Notes: generated from the letters alone by a model not told the origin. 64,000 nt of DNA from Patescibacteria group bacterium (GCA_042568575.1 JBHPIO010000001.1:64001-128000); one strand, 5' to 3'. Shown: positions 18,133 to 28,716, counted from the stretch's first letter. Translations and numbers: made by a program.

Positions 18133-18222
18133 AACTTTGATTAATGCATCACAGCCTTTACTAATGCGCTTTTTCGTAGTATAATATTATAATGTTTTAA
18201 AATAAAAATTAACAAATACAAA

Positions 18223-20313
18223 ATGGCAAATGAAACACAAAATCCAGCTCCAAAGAAAATGTCTAAATGGCTAATTGGAGGTGGTATTACAGCACTTGTT
18301 GCAGTAATTGCAGTTATTGGGATATTTGGAACCCAAGGAGGATGGTTCAAGGGATATACTTTCCAGGCAATCGCAGATACTACAATTTATGTTGACGGTA
18401 ATAAATCGTGGATAGATTACAGCAGTTATGTTCATGGTTCAAAGGAAGCACCTTATCTAACAATCAGTGAAGCTATCACTGATTTCAGTCAATCAGGTGG
18501 TGGACCAATCAGAGTTGCTGCAGGATTCTATGAAGAAGGTTTTAATCTTTCTGGATATGATGATTTTGAAATTCTTGGTGGATATAACAGTACTTTCTCA
18601 TCTCGAAATTCTTTAAGTACAATAAAAGGTATCGTTTCTTTTGGAAATATGGGAGGTGAAGTTTCAGGATTCACCTTCGCAGCTATTGATGGTGCAAACT
18701 ATATGCTAACTGTAAATAACACAGGAAACAGCGAATATATGGATGTCAAAAATAATATCTTTACTGGTGGTATTGTAAGCCAAGCCTTTGTAAAAGCAGA
18801 AGGAAAAGTGAACGTAATAAATAACGAATTCAATTTTGCTAAATCAGGAAAAGCAGTGCTTCATACTACTACCGGAGCATATGTTGGAAACAACGAGTTT
18901 TATGGTTCCGTTGGTGGACAGAGTGACAAAGGAATCATAGTTGCAGACGGATCTACAGTTGTGAACAATGTTATTGCAAAATCATTATCTGGAACAAGCA
19001 ATGGTATTCGTGGAAATGGACTTACAAAAATATATAACAATACTATTTCAGACAACGCATTTATAAACGACTCAATTTCAATAAATGGTGATGAAACTGC
19101 ATACAACAATTTGATTGCAAACAATTCAGGAAATGCGATAGGTATTATTGGATTTGGTGCAGCAAGAAATAATGGAATTCATAATACAAATGTGAGCACA
19201 GGATTTCTTTTAAATGGGAATTTCCTTTGTGATCCAAAGTTAAAGTCATCAAGAGGCTATAACGCCGAAGACTACAAATTAGGTGAGGGCTCAAATTGTA
19301 TTGATGCAGGAGCAAATGCTGCATCTTATGCTCCAAAAGATTACTTTGGAACATCAAGACCTCAAAACTCGAAATTTGATGTTGGATTCCATGAAGTACC
19401 AGTTGCAATAATTGGGTTCATAGTTGATCCAATTATTACTATTCAAAGTGTTTGTGGAAATAATATTAAAGAAGCAGGAGAGCTATGTGACGACGGAAAT
19501 ACTGTGAGCGGTGATGGATGTGATTCTTCATGTCAGGTTGAAGCAGTTCTTATTGATCCAGTATTCGTTGAATGTGGAAATGGAAGCCTGGAAATTAATG
19601 AAGAATGTGACGACGGAAATACAACAAGCGGTGACGGTTGTAGCTCAACTTGTGAAGAAGAGGAAGACGTTTGTCCAAACTTAAATGGATTTCAATCAGA
19701 GGTTCCAAACGGTTATGAAGAAGTTTCTGGTGAGTGTTTCCCGCTTGGAGATCCTTCAATCCCAGATCCAGAACCAGTAGAATGTGGTGAATGGTCTGAT
19801 ATTTCAAAAAATGACACTGAATATGACATTTGGGTATGGCTTTGTGAAAAGGATATTGTGCAAGGTCATTCAAGCGGATACCTAGCTCCAGAAGACCTAC
19901 TTACTCGAGCTGAACTACTTGCATTAGCATTTAGAGCAAGTGATTACTTGAATATCTACAATGTAGATGAAAATGCAGATTTTTGTTTCAATGATGTAGA
20001 AGACGAATGGTATGCACCATACTTCTGTACTGCAAAAGACGAAGGATTTGTTCAAGGTTACGCAGGAAATCTTGCAAAACCAGGTAACAATGTAATTCTT
20101 GCAGAAGGATTAAAGATGTTCCTTGGAGCGGTAGATCATGCTTATTCAATCGATTCTGGTGATTGTTGGTATTGTTCAATGGTTTGGTCATCTGAGCCAA
20201 AAGGATTCCTTCCATATACATTCAATAGCCCAACTGACATTGGTCCAATTGAATTAACACGAAGAAAAGCATTTAACATGCTTTACAGAATTCTAAGTTA
20301 CGACAATCTGTAA
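18223..20313 (+). CDS. Surface protein: N-terminal TM, right-handed beta-helix, choice-of-anchor Q-like motif, two Myxococcus-type Cys-rich repeats, SLH domains
   Basis: IYVD...GS..APY.TI..A; NN-rich beta-helix; YKL...S.CIDAG...DVGFHE; SLH motifs TRAELL, FNDV...WYA, VQGY, ILAEGLK. Confidence 0.75.
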   Translation: MANETQNPAPKKMSKWLIGGGITALVAVIAVIGIFGTQGGWFKGYTFQAIADTTIYVDGNKSWIDYSSYVHGSKEAPYLTISEAITDFSQSGGGPIRVAAGFYEEGFNLSGYDDFEILGGYNSTFSSRNSLSTIKGIVSFGNMGGEVSGFTFAAIDGANYMLTVNNTGNSEYMDVKNNIFTGGIVSQAFVKAEGKVNVINNEFNFAKSGKAVLHTTTGAYVGNNEFYGSVGGQSDKGIIVADGSTVVNNVIAKSLSGTSNGIRGNGLTKIYNNTISDNAFINDSISINGDETAYNNLIANNSGNAIGIIGFGAARNNGIHNTNVSTGFLLNGNFLCDPKLKSSRGYNAEDYKLGEGSNCIDAGANAASYAPKDYFGTSRPQNSKFDVGFHEVPVAIIGFIVDPIITIQSVCGNNIKEAGELCDDGNTVSGDGCDSSCQVEAVLIDPVFVECGNGSLEINEECDDGNTTSGDGCSSTCEEEEDVCPNLNGFQSEVPNGYEEVSGECFPLGDPSIPDPEPVECGEWSDISKNDTEYDIWVWLCEKDIVQGHSSGYLAPEDLLTRAELLALAFRASDYLNIYNVDENADFCFNDVEDEWYAPYFCTAKDEGFVQGYAGNLAKPGNNVILAEGLKMFLGAVDHAYSIDSGDCWYCSMVWSSEPKGFLPYTFNSPTDIGPIELTRRKAFNMLYRILSYDNL
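19453..19662 (+). repeat. Two Myxococcus Cys-rich (DUF4215-type) repeats
   Basis: [30 protein letters not shown] (19453-19542) and [30 protein letters not shown] (19573-19662). Confidence 0.85.
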
Positions 20314-20330
20314 AAACATAAAAAACATTC

Positions 20331-20367
20331 AAAAGGGGAATCTTATAACTAAGGTTCCTCTTTTTTT
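20331..20367. terminator. Bidirectional intrinsic terminator
   Basis: AAAAGGGGAATCTT-ataact-AAGGTTCCTCTTTTTTT between convergent genes. Confidence 0.6.
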
Positions 20368-20848
20368 ATATAGTAAGTACAAATTGGATAATATTCACAA
20401 CCACCCAGGCAACAAGAACTAACACAAGGCCTAGTAATGCATGCATAACCGTTCCTTTTGCTGCATCACGTTTATCTGTAGCTCCAGCAATTACAAACTG
20501 GTACCCCGCTATCACAAGGAACAAAATAGCTATAAGCCCTGCAATTCCAATTAAAAACTCAATAAAGTTCACAATAAAGTAGGGAACCATCCAAAAATGG
20601 ATTCTTCCTGTTTTTATAGCACATCCCAAAACTTCACCTCTTTCCGAAGCATCTTCTTTAATAGCTTCTCTAAATTGCTTTACTGGATCTTCTGCTTCAT
20701 CATAATCATCCAGCAAATCTCCACATTTCATTGTTTCTTCTTTTGGCTGAGGAATCAACGTTCCTAAGCCCTGGGCAGACGCAGGAACTGCCAGCAATTG
20801 AAAGCTGAGAATGAAAACAATCAGAAATGTTGTGAAGAATTTTGTCAT
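20366..20848 (-). CDS. TrbC/VirB2-like CPR pilin-family membrane protein (start re-called to 20848)
   Basis: Signal peptide ending ASAQ and a Cys pair. C-terminal IAGLIAILFLVIAGYQFVIAG..DK...AK.T...ALLGL hairpin typical of this family. Confidence 0.65.
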   Translation of the reverse strand: MTKFFTTFLIVFILSFQLLAVPASAQGLGTLIPQPKEETMKCGDLLDDYDEAEDPVKQFREAIKEDASERGEVLGCAIKTGRIHFWMVPYFIVNFIEFLIGIAGLIAILFLVIAGYQFVIAGATDKRDAAKGTVMHALLGLVLVLVAWVVVNIIQFVLTI

Positions 20849-20936
20849 TTTAATCTTTAAATTTCTCAATAATTATACCATACCATTGCTGCAATCAAAT
20901 AGTTCAAGTAATATAGAGCAGCCTTAATTAAAAATC

Positions 20937-22268
20937 ATGAAACCGTTAATAGCATTAGTGGGCAGGCCAAATGTAGGAAAATCGACATTATTCAACAGAT
21001 TAATAGGAAAAAGACTCGCTGTTATTTCCGATGTTGCAGGTACTACTCGTGATCGAATTTATCAAAATATAGAAATGGATGACATTGAAGTTACACTTGT
21101 GGATACGGGTGGGCTTTCATATGGTAAAAAAGAGAGTTTGGAAGCGGAAATACAAACACAAGCGCATCTTGCGATTGAAAAGGCTGATATTATTTATTTC
21201 GTAGTTGATGCCAGTCACCAACTTACTGTTGACGACTTTGCTGCAGCGGATATTCTGCGTAAAACAAAAAAGCCAGTACTTTTTATTGCGAATAAATATG
21301 ATGGTAAAGAAGCAATAGACCGTTTAATGGAACTGTACGAAATTGGTTTTGGTGAACCTTTAGCAATTTCTGCGATTCACAATAGGGGAATAGACGAACT
21401 AGTTCAAAGAACAACAAAACTACTTAAAAAACTTCCAAAAGAGAAACGTAAAAAAGTAAAAGAAGACAAGAATTCGGTTCATATTAGCTTTCTTGGAAAA
21501 CCAAATGTAGGGAAATCGTCACTTGTTAACGCCTTACTTGGTGAAGATCGTGTAATAGTTTCAGATATTCCAGGAACAACAAGAGATTCAACTAATACCC
21601 ATATAGAATTCGAAGATAAAAAGTACACTCTGATTGATACAGCAGGTTTGCGAAAAAGAGGAAAGATAGAGAGGGGGATTGAAAAATTCAGCAGTCTTAG
21701 ATGCTTTCAGGCTCTTGATCAAAGCGATGTTGCACTTTTGATTTTGGATTTTGATGAAAGAATAAGCAAGCAGGACATGCATATTGCCGGCTACATTTTA
21801 GAAGCAAAAAAAGGAGTAATAATTGTGGTAAATAAAATCGACCTAACAGAAGAAGAAAAAGATCGTGATAAATTTTTGCGGCTTGTACAAAGGAAATTTT
21901 CATTCCTTCCATGGGCTCCACTCGTGTTCGTATCGGCATTAAAGAAAAAGAATATTACAAAGATTTATGAACTTGCAGAGCAAATCGTCGAAGAAAGAAA
22001 GAAAAGAATACCAACAGGAGAATTAAATAACTTCATTAAAAAGATTACTTTCAAACATGTTCCAAGCGGAACTAAAAGGATCAAACCTAAGATCTTTTAT
22101 GTTACTCAAACTGGAATTAATCCGCCGGAATTTGTGTTTTTTGTGAATCAAGCAAATGCGATTCACTTTTCTTATCGACGCTATCTTGAAAATGAGCTTC
22201 GGAAGGAATATGGCTTTGGTGGGACCGCTCTGAAACTGGAATTTCGAAGTCGGAGTGAGCGGGCATAA
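20937..22268 (+). CDS. der: Ribosome biogenesis GTPase Der
   Basis: Two G-domains (GRPNVGKS/DTGG/NKYD and GKPNVGKS/DTAG/NKID) and a KH-like end YRRYLEN.LR..YGF.GT. Confidence 0.95.
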   Translation: MKPLIALVGRPNVGKSTLFNRLIGKRLAVISDVAGTTRDRIYQNIEMDDIEVTLVDTGGLSYGKKESLEAEIQTQAHLAIEKADIIYFVVDASHQLTVDDFAAADILRKTKKPVLFIANKYDGKEAIDRLMELYEIGFGEPLAISAIHNRGIDELVQRTTKLLKKLPKEKRKKVKEDKNSVHISFLGKPNVGKSSLVNALLGEDRVIVSDIPGTTRDSTNTHIEFEDKKYTLIDTAGLRKRGKIERGIEKFSSLRCFQALDQSDVALLILDFDERISKQDMHIAGYILEAKKGVIIVVNKIDLTEEEKDRDKFLRLVQRKFSFLPWAPLVFVSALKKKNITKIYELAEQIVEERKKRIPTGELNNFIKKITFKHVPSGTKRIKPKIFYVTQTGINPPEFVFFVNQANAIHFSYRRYLENELRKEYGFGGTALKLEFRSRSERA

Positions 22269-23190
22269 AATATCTAGTATATTGATTAACTCTCTTTCGC
22301 CAAAGAGCGGAGTATTTTTTTCGCATATCATTATTATGGAATTTCAGCATTGTTCTTGAAACCACAATCCCATTATCTTCAGTAAGACAACTTGCCTTCT
22401 TTTTACATCTTCTCATTTGCCAATTCCTGAAAAAACATTCAATAAGATTTCCGAAATTACCTTTTAATGGAAACTCAAGAATCTTTTGTAATCTAAGTAA
22501 AAATTTTGATTCAGGAAGAAGGTGTAATTTTTGATTTACCTCGTAATCAAAATATCTTTTCAGCCAATCGTTCTCTTTAATGAATTCCTTATAAGTATGC
22601 TTACCAATCAAAGGCCGCATAAGACGCATCCAAAACACGAAGTAGATATCTTTTTCTTGTTTAACAGACTCGATATTCAACTGATCTCGTGAAATTAAAA
22701 AACTCAAGCAAAATCTCCCCCTAATCTTGTTACCATGACGTCTTATTCCAAGGAAATGAGTAAAAAGCCATGCATAAGTACGAGCTAAAAATAAACGATT
22801 CTTTTCGGCAATAATGAATATATCAATATCGCTTCCTTTTTCTGCATCATAAAAAGAGAGACTATTGCAAAGACCAACCATTCTTATAAACGGAAGCATC
22901 TGCATATATTTAACAAACTTCTTTGTTTTTGAAATCAACTTTCTTGCTCTATGCTCCTTCTCCTTTCTTACTCTAACCGTCAAAGACCTTCCTCTTAAAT
23001 AAACATGGCTATGCGTCTCATTCAGGAACTCTTCGTGATTATTAAAATTGCTTAATTCAGGTAAAGTCCACTTCTTATATAAGACGTAATCGCAAAATTC
23101 TTCCCTTGTCAGAGAAAAATCAAAAATATCGAAAAAGCATAGTGTTTCTATGAGCGCTTTTCGTTTTTTTGAAAGTTCCTCTTCTCGCAT
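22117..23190 (-). CDS. Pol-beta superfamily nucleotidyltransferase-domain protein (CPR-type)
   Basis: N-terminal TL.FFDIFDFSLT.EE; catalytic-like LPFIRMVGLCNSLS....SDIDIFII; NRLFLAR; RFCLSF; LKFH..D.R. 3' end overlaps der by 152 bp. Confidence 0.6.
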   Translation of the reverse strand: MREEELSKKRKALIETLCFFDIFDFSLTREEFCDYVLYKKWTLPELSNFNNHEEFLNETHSHVYLRGRSLTVRVRKEKEHRARKLISKTKKFVKYMQMLPFIRMVGLCNSLSFYDAEKGSDIDIFIIAEKNRLFLARTYAWLFTHFLGIRRHGNKIRGRFCLSFLISRDQLNIESVKQEKDIYFVFWMRLMRPLIGKHTYKEFIKENDWLKRYFDYEVNQKLHLLPESKFLLRLQKILEFPLKGNFGNLIECFFRNWQMRRCKKKASCLTEDNGIVVSRTMLKFHNNDMRKKYSALWRKRVNQYTRYFMPAHSDFEIPVSERSHQSHIPSEAHFQDSVDKKSESHLLDSQKTQIPAD

Positions 23191-23324
23191 AGTAATCCTA
23201 GATTATGACAATATAACTATACACTATTTTGTTGATATTTCCAGTTGAATCGACCTTTAAAACGAACAATAAATGCACCTTCATTCGTTATGGTATTATG
23301 TACGAAGAAATTAACCAACTTTCT

Positions 23325-25409
23325 ATGAAAAAACACGTGCGACTAGTAAGCTTTATTGTTGGACTTACGCTATTTCTCACAACAATAGTTCCGGTGCATG
23401 CATTCTTCGTTTATGAAGTGATCATACCGATAATCTTCAATCCAATTTACGTTGACGATGTAAATGGAAACGACACTAACTCTGGGTTGGATACAAGCAA
23501 TGCAGTGAAAACAATTACGAAAGCTATGGATATAGCGGAAAATGGAGCATTTACCACTTATCAAGTTCTAATCGCAGAAGGAAATTATGATGCGGAAACA
23601 TTCCCACTGGTAATTGCAGATAAAGATATTTCTGTTTTTGGAGGATATTATAACGATTTTGCTGAAAGAGACTCTGAAAATCATCAAACTGAAATTCAAG
23701 GAAACACCGATAACGCCGAACTATATACATTTGATATTTCAAATGCCTCTTCAACAATTTCTGGATTACGAATTTACGGACAATCTGCAGGTGCCTCAGT
23801 TATCAACATCTCAAACGGGGATGGTGCTGGGCATAACCTAAACATTAATGCCGTTGAAGTTGATGATTCATTCGTCCTTGGAGGAGCAATTTTTGCAAAC
23901 CTTGAATCTGGAGATAATCTTTCTGTTTTCAATAACTACATTCACGATACGGAAGCGTGGATTAGTGCAATAACAGTAGAAGGAGATCATAGTCTGGCGT
24001 ATGTTTATGGAAACTTTATTTACAACACAACCGCTTCAACACAAGTAAATGTTACAAATACATTGGTTTATAACAATATCATTTCGAAGGGTACTGCAAT
24101 TGGGCTAAACCTAAAAAATGGAAGCGCTGCATATAACAATACAATTGTTGATAATGCTACAGGAATCAATGTTCCATCTGGAGTTTCGGGAGCTAAATTC
24201 TTCAATAATCTTATTGCGGACAACTCAAGCTCAGGTGTGGCTTTAGGTTCTTCGGCTACTTTCGATTACAACGCTTATTTCGGAAATGGAACGATTCTTC
24301 TTGGAGCAAATGAAGTAGAATGTGATCCTGGACTTTCATACACATCAAACCAAAGTGACTACCAATTAGCTGATGGATCTGAATGTATTGATAAAGGAAC
24401 TGAAATAACTGAAGTAGGTGTTGATTATTTTGGTGAGACCAGAAAAAAAGATGGAAACGCTGACAGTGTTTACGCAACTGATCCTGGAGCTCATGAAGCT
24501 GATGGAGATGAAGCTGATACTCCCGCAATTTCTAACGACGATGCAAGTCCAGATGCTTTCTCGCCTGATGGAGACGGTGTAAATGATACAAGTACAATAA
24601 CTTTTGAACTTAACGTTACTTCGAACATAATGGTTGAAATTTACCAAGATACAACCCTCATAACTGAAGTTGTTAATGAAGTAATGGAATCAGGAACTCA
24701 CAATGTTATATGGAACGGAACTGATGCAAGCAGTGATCCAGCTGGAGAAGGAAACTACACATACAAAATAACTGCTGAAAACAGTGAAGGCACAGATGAC
24801 GTTGATGGAACTGTTGCAATCAATTTCAATGCAAATGCACAAGTGTGTGCAGCATTTACCGATGTAGCTTTCAATGATCCTTTATGTCCCGCAATTGAAT
24901 TCGTAAAAAATCAAGGAATCTTCCAAGGTTATCCTGATGGAACTTTCCGACCTAACGATGTAATTAATCGTGTTGAATCAACAAAAGTAATTCTTGAAGG
25001 GTTTAGCATTCCACTTCTTGCTGATGACAATACAAACCAAGGATTCACCGATGTGATCGTAAATGAATGGTATATGACTTATTTAAGGACTGGTAAAGAC
25101 GAAGGAGTTGTTCAGGGATATCCAGACGGAACCTTTAGACCTAACCAGCAAGTTGTAAGAGTAGAGCTGTTAAAGATCTTCTTTGAAACTTCTGGCGAAG
25201 ATTTATCAAGCGTGACAATAACAGGTGATCCATATCCAGATACAGTGGTTGATACAGAAACTAGCTGGTATATGCCGTATGTTCAATTCTCGAAAGACTA
25301 CGCACTTGTAGACGCTGACAATCAAGGAAACTTCAATCCTGCCGAAGGCATGAAACGTGGAGATGTAGCTGAACTATTCTACAGATTCCACCAAGAAGGG
25401 TTTATTTAA
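23325..25409 (+). CDS. Secreted S-layer-associated protein: beta-helix, choice-of-anchor Q-like motif, FlgD-Ig domain, three SLH domains (start re-called to 23325)
   Basis: Signal peptide MKKH...VHA; IYVDDVNGNDTNSG...KTITKA; YQL...S.CIDKG...DPGAHE; FSPDGDGVND...WNGTD (FlgD); GYPDGTFRPN..INRVE repeats. Confidence 0.8.
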   Translation: MKKHVRLVSFIVGLTLFLTTIVPVHAFFVYEVIIPIIFNPIYVDDVNGNDTNSGLDTSNAVKTITKAMDIAENGAFTTYQVLIAEGNYDAETFPLVIADKDISVFGGYYNDFAERDSENHQTEIQGNTDNAELYTFDISNASSTISGLRIYGQSAGASVINISNGDGAGHNLNINAVEVDDSFVLGGAIFANLESGDNLSVFNNYIHDTEAWISAITVEGDHSLAYVYGNFIYNTTASTQVNVTNTLVYNNIISKGTAIGLNLKNGSAAYNNTIVDNATGINVPSGVSGAKFFNNLIADNSSSGVALGSSATFDYNAYFGNGTILLGANEVECDPGLSYTSNQSDYQLADGSECIDKGTEITEVGVDYFGETRKKDGNADSVYATDPGAHEADGDEADTPAISNDDASPDAFSPDGDGVNDTSTITFELNVTSNIMVEIYQDTTLITEVVNEVMESGTHNVIWNGTDASSDPAGEGNYTYKITAENSEGTDDVDGTVAINFNANAQVCAAFTDVAFNDPLCPAIEFVKNQGIFQGYPDGTFRPNDVINRVESTKVILEGFSIPLLADDNTNQGFTDVIVNEWYMTYLRTGKDEGVVQGYPDGTFRPNQQVVRVELLKIFFETSGEDLSSVTITGDPYPDTVVDTETSWYMPYVQFSKDYALVDADNQGNFNPAEGMKRGDVAELFYRFHQEGFI

Positions 25410-25428
25410 AAAGTATTAAAGAGTAAGG

Positions 25429-25468
25429 ATGATCCGGGTGCCTTTACATTGGTATCCGGATCATTTTG
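25429..25468 (+). terminator. Intrinsic terminator
   Basis: ATGATCCGGGTGCC-tttacatt-GGTATCCGGATCAT followed by TTTGTT. Confidence 0.65.
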
Positions 25469-25486
25469 TTATAAGATAGGATCGCT

Positions 25487-27583
25487 ATGAAAACTTCGAA
25501 AAAAATCTTGAAGATTTTGGAGAACATTCCAAAAAAACCTGGAGTCTATCAATTTAAAGATGAGTCAGGTGAAATTTTATATATTGGAAAAGCGATTGAT
25601 CTGCGTAAACGTGTAAAAAACTACTTCCAGCAAACAGATAAGCAATCGGTTCGAATTCAGAAGATGATTTCGCAAATAAATGATATAGATTACACGATTG
25701 TTTCGTCTGATCTTGAAGCGATTATCCTAGAAACAAACCTAATTAAAGAAATACGTCCGAAATACAATATCTTGATGAAGGACGATAAGAACTTTGTGTA
25801 TATCAAAATAACTAAGAATGAGGATTTCCCACAAATTAGTATAGTTAGAAAGGTTTTGAATGACGGAGCCCTATATTTTGGCCCAAAAACAGCAGCAAAC
25901 AAAGTTCGCAAGACGCTTGATGTACTTAAGAAGATTTTTCCATACCGGCATTGCAATTTGTTTATGGAATACCATAAAGGAAAGGTGGTCGTAACAAAGA
26001 AAACAACAAAATATCCGTGTTTGGATTTTCATATCAAAAGATGTATTGGCCCTTGTGTTGGAAATTGCTCCAAAGAGGAGTACGACGCTATTATTAAGCA
26101 AATAATTCATTTTCTTCAAGGCAAGGCAGATGAAATTTTAGAAATGCTTTCAAAAGAAATGCAACAAGCTGCACTAGATAAGAAATTCGAGAAAGCAGCA
26201 AAATTGCGTGATAAACTTCACGCTGTTCAAGAGATAATTGAGAAGCAAGTAATAAGTGCGCCGCATCGTGAGGATATAGATGCCGTGAACTATTCCGAAG
26301 ATTCAGGACGAGTGTTTTTCACTTTATTCATGATTCGTGACGGGAAGCTTATTAATCAGGAAAACTTCGTCTTTAAGAGCGGAGAAGATGATGAAAAAAT
26401 CGATGATACTAATGAAATTTTAGAGTCATTTTTAAAGCAGTATTATGAGAAAACAACAGATTTTCCAAAAGAAATCTTAATTCCTCACGAGATTGTGAAT
26501 GCAGAATTAATGGCAAAGTGGATTACTTCATTAAAAGGAAAAAAAGTGTCACTCATGATTCCGCAAAAAGGGGAGAAGCATAAAATCCTCGATTTAACTT
26601 TGAGGAATGCTAAAACTTATGCAAATCTAAGTCGAGTAAAATGGCAAAACAATGAAGTAAAACGCAAAAAGGCATTAGAAGAATTAAAAGAGAAACTGAA
26701 ATTACCAAAAATACCGCGACGCATAGAGTGCTACGATATTTCTCATATTTCAGGCACAAACCAGGTTGCATCAATGGTTGTGTTTGAAAATGGGATGCCA
26801 ACCAATAACAAGTACAGGCGATTCAAAATTCGAACTGTTCAAGAAGGTAAACCTGACGATTTTGCCGCAATGCTCGAAGTTTTAAAAAGACGATTTTTGT
26901 ATTTAGTTAAGAGCAAAAGCAATGTTTCGCTCCGAAAAGGCTCAAAAAAAGATCATGATGAAATTGCGAAGCTAGCTGGAAAAAAGAAAGTGAAGGTAGA
27001 AGAATATATTAAAGGCACAAAAGATAAAAAGATTGCTGGAATAGCAAAATATGAATCATTTGATGAGTTAGATTATTTTAAAGATATTCATTTTGCTGAC
27101 GAAAAAGAGGATACTCACAAAAACTTTATTATGGCCATGATTGATAAGGCTAAGAGAAGTCGTGTGTACGTTTCTGTTCCTAAGGCGGAAATAAAAGAAT
27201 ATGAAACAAGCGGATTTCAAATTGTAAAAAAGACCCCAAATGAAATTAAATTGCAAAGAGGAAAAGCCTGTCTTTTGTTCAACAAGTCAAAATATAAAGA
27301 AGAAAAAGGTTTTGCTAAAAAACCTGATTTAGTAGTGATTGATGGAGGAAAAGGACAGCTTACGCAAGGCATAAAAGTCGAAAAGGAATTCGATGTTGAT
27401 ATCCCACTTGTCGCTCTTGCAAAAAAACATGAGGATGTATTTGTTCCCGGATCAAAAGGACCACTTCCTTTCGAAAAGAATTCCGAAGGGCTATACTTGC
27501 TTCAGCAAGTGCGTGATGAAGCGCATCGGTTCGCACTCGCATATCACAGGAAACTCAGAGGGAAAGAAATGATTGAATCTTAA
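25487..27583 (+). CDS. uvrC: Excinuclease ABC subunit C, with a ~135-aa insertion and no C-terminal HhH domain
   Basis: GIY-YIG (PGVYQF...LYIGKA..LRKRV..YF), UVR coil (FEKAAKLRD), RIECYDISH, DDFAAM.EVL.RRF, PDLVVIDGGKGQL, RDEAHRFA. Confidence 0.93.
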   Translation: MKTSKKILKILENIPKKPGVYQFKDESGEILYIGKAIDLRKRVKNYFQQTDKQSVRIQKMISQINDIDYTIVSSDLEAIILETNLIKEIRPKYNILMKDDKNFVYIKITKNEDFPQISIVRKVLNDGALYFGPKTAANKVRKTLDVLKKIFPYRHCNLFMEYHKGKVVVTKKTTKYPCLDFHIKRCIGPCVGNCSKEEYDAIIKQIIHFLQGKADEILEMLSKEMQQAALDKKFEKAAKLRDKLHAVQEIIEKQVISAPHREDIDAVNYSEDSGRVFFTLFMIRDGKLINQENFVFKSGEDDEKIDDTNEILESFLKQYYEKTTDFPKEILIPHEIVNAELMAKWITSLKGKKVSLMIPQKGEKHKILDLTLRNAKTYANLSRVKWQNNEVKRKKALEELKEKLKLPKIPRRIECYDISHISGTNQVASMVVFENGMPTNNKYRRFKIRTVQEGKPDDFAAMLEVLKRRFLYLVKSKSNVSLRKGSKKDHDEIAKLAGKKKVKVEEYIKGTKDKKIAGIAKYESFDELDYFKDIHFADEKEDTHKNFIMAMIDKAKRSRVYVSVPKAEIKEYETSGFQIVKKTPNEIKLQRGKACLLFNKSKYKEEKGFAKKPDLVVIDGGKGQLTQGIKVEKEFDVDIPLVALAKKHEDVFVPGSKGPLPFEKNSEGLYLLQQVRDEAHRFALAYHRKLRGKEMIES

Positions 27584-27594
27584 AATTTACATAT

Positions 27595-28278
27595 ATGTGT
27601 TTCTCGGCAACAGCAAGCCTAATTGCAGGTGCAACTACGGCTGGAATCGGGGTAGCAACAGTAAAAAACATTAAGTCTAAGCGCCAAATCCCACTTGCGA
27701 GCATTCCGTTTTTATTTGGTGTCCAACAGTTTATCGAAGGAGGAATATGGCTTTCTTTTAACATGCCGATGTTAAATTTAGTTCTGACTTATGTTTATAT
27801 ATTTTATTCACACATTTGGTGGCCATTCTTTATTCCATTTGCGATATTCATGGTCGAAGATCACAAAATTCGAAAGAAGATCCTATTTTTCTATATGGTC
27901 ATCGGAATTTGTATCGGAGTATATTTCACTGCATTCACTCTTACCGGACCAGTATCTTCAAGCATAATGAACAACAGTATCGGATATACGTGCAACTATT
28001 ATAATTTGGAGATAGTTCTTCTCTTTTACATGCTTACAACTTGCATTTGTTGCTTTATTTCAAGCCATAAAATGATTCGAGTATTTGGTGGGGCAACACT
28101 CCTTTCATCGTTTGTTGCATACCATTTTTACATCTACGTTTTCACGTCAGTTTGGTGCTTCTTCTCGGCGGTTTTGAGTGTAATTTTATATTTGCACTTC
28201 AAAGAAGAATACAAAATTGGTGATTACATCAATTCAGCATTCAAGAAAATGAAAAGTAGCTTTGATATCTTGAAATAG
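27595..28278 (+). CDS. DUF6629-like multi-pass membrane protein
   Basis: MCFSATAS N-terminus, LASIPFLFGVQQFIEG..W, FTSVWCFFSA. Confidence 0.7.
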   Translation: MCFSATASLIAGATTAGIGVATVKNIKSKRQIPLASIPFLFGVQQFIEGGIWLSFNMPMLNLVLTYVYIFYSHIWWPFFIPFAIFMVEDHKIRKKILFFYMVIGICIGVYFTAFTLTGPVSSSIMNNSIGYTCNYYNLEIVLLFYMLTTCICCFISSHKMIRVFGGATLLSSFVAYHFYIYVFTSVWCFFSAVLSVILYLHFKEEYKIGDYINSAFKKMKSSFDILK

Positions 28279-28299
28279 GGAAAGCTGCGAAGGAGGGAG

Positions 28300-28716
28300 C
28301 TATCCGAGGATTTCTTGGAGGGCTCTATTGGGATAGAGGAGAACTTTGGAGGGTTTTTTCTGTGAGAAACGAACACGAATATGTGCCTTAGTCATATTAT
28401 CATTGATTTGAACTGGCGTGATGGCATTCGGTCGCATCGGCGGGTGGGGAATGACATGAAGACAAACTGTATACAAGTCATTTAAATTCCCATATCTGGG
28501 CTCAATGTACTCATACTGTGATACAGACAAAACCATGGTAATTTTGGTTATCCCTGTATCGTCGTACGCAACCACAACCATGTCGTCTCCGAACATAAGA
28601 GTTTTATCATTCCGCGTATCGTATTCTCTACCCGTACCGAAGATATAGTATCTTTCGGGTTTATCAATGATTGTCATAGAGCCAACGAACTGCAGTTCCA
28701 CTTTTCCATGTCTCAT
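28300..28716 (-). CDS. Hypothetical protein
   Basis: ORF with SD AGGAG and a TTCACA-17-TATAGT promoter just downstream of tRNA-Leu. No recognisable motif. Confidence 0.5.
   Translation of the reverse strand: MRHGKVELQFVGSMTIIDKPERYYIFGTGREYDTRNDKTLMFGDDMVVVAYDDTGITKITMVLSVSQYEYIEPRYGNLNDLYTVCLHVIPHPPMRPNAITPVQINDNMTKAHIRVRFSQKKPSKVLLYPNRALQEILG

Noticed and set aside
26906-27310. Intein in uvrC
   Set aside because: No N-terminal Cys/Ser splice block or C-terminal His-Asn followed by Cys/Ser/Thr.
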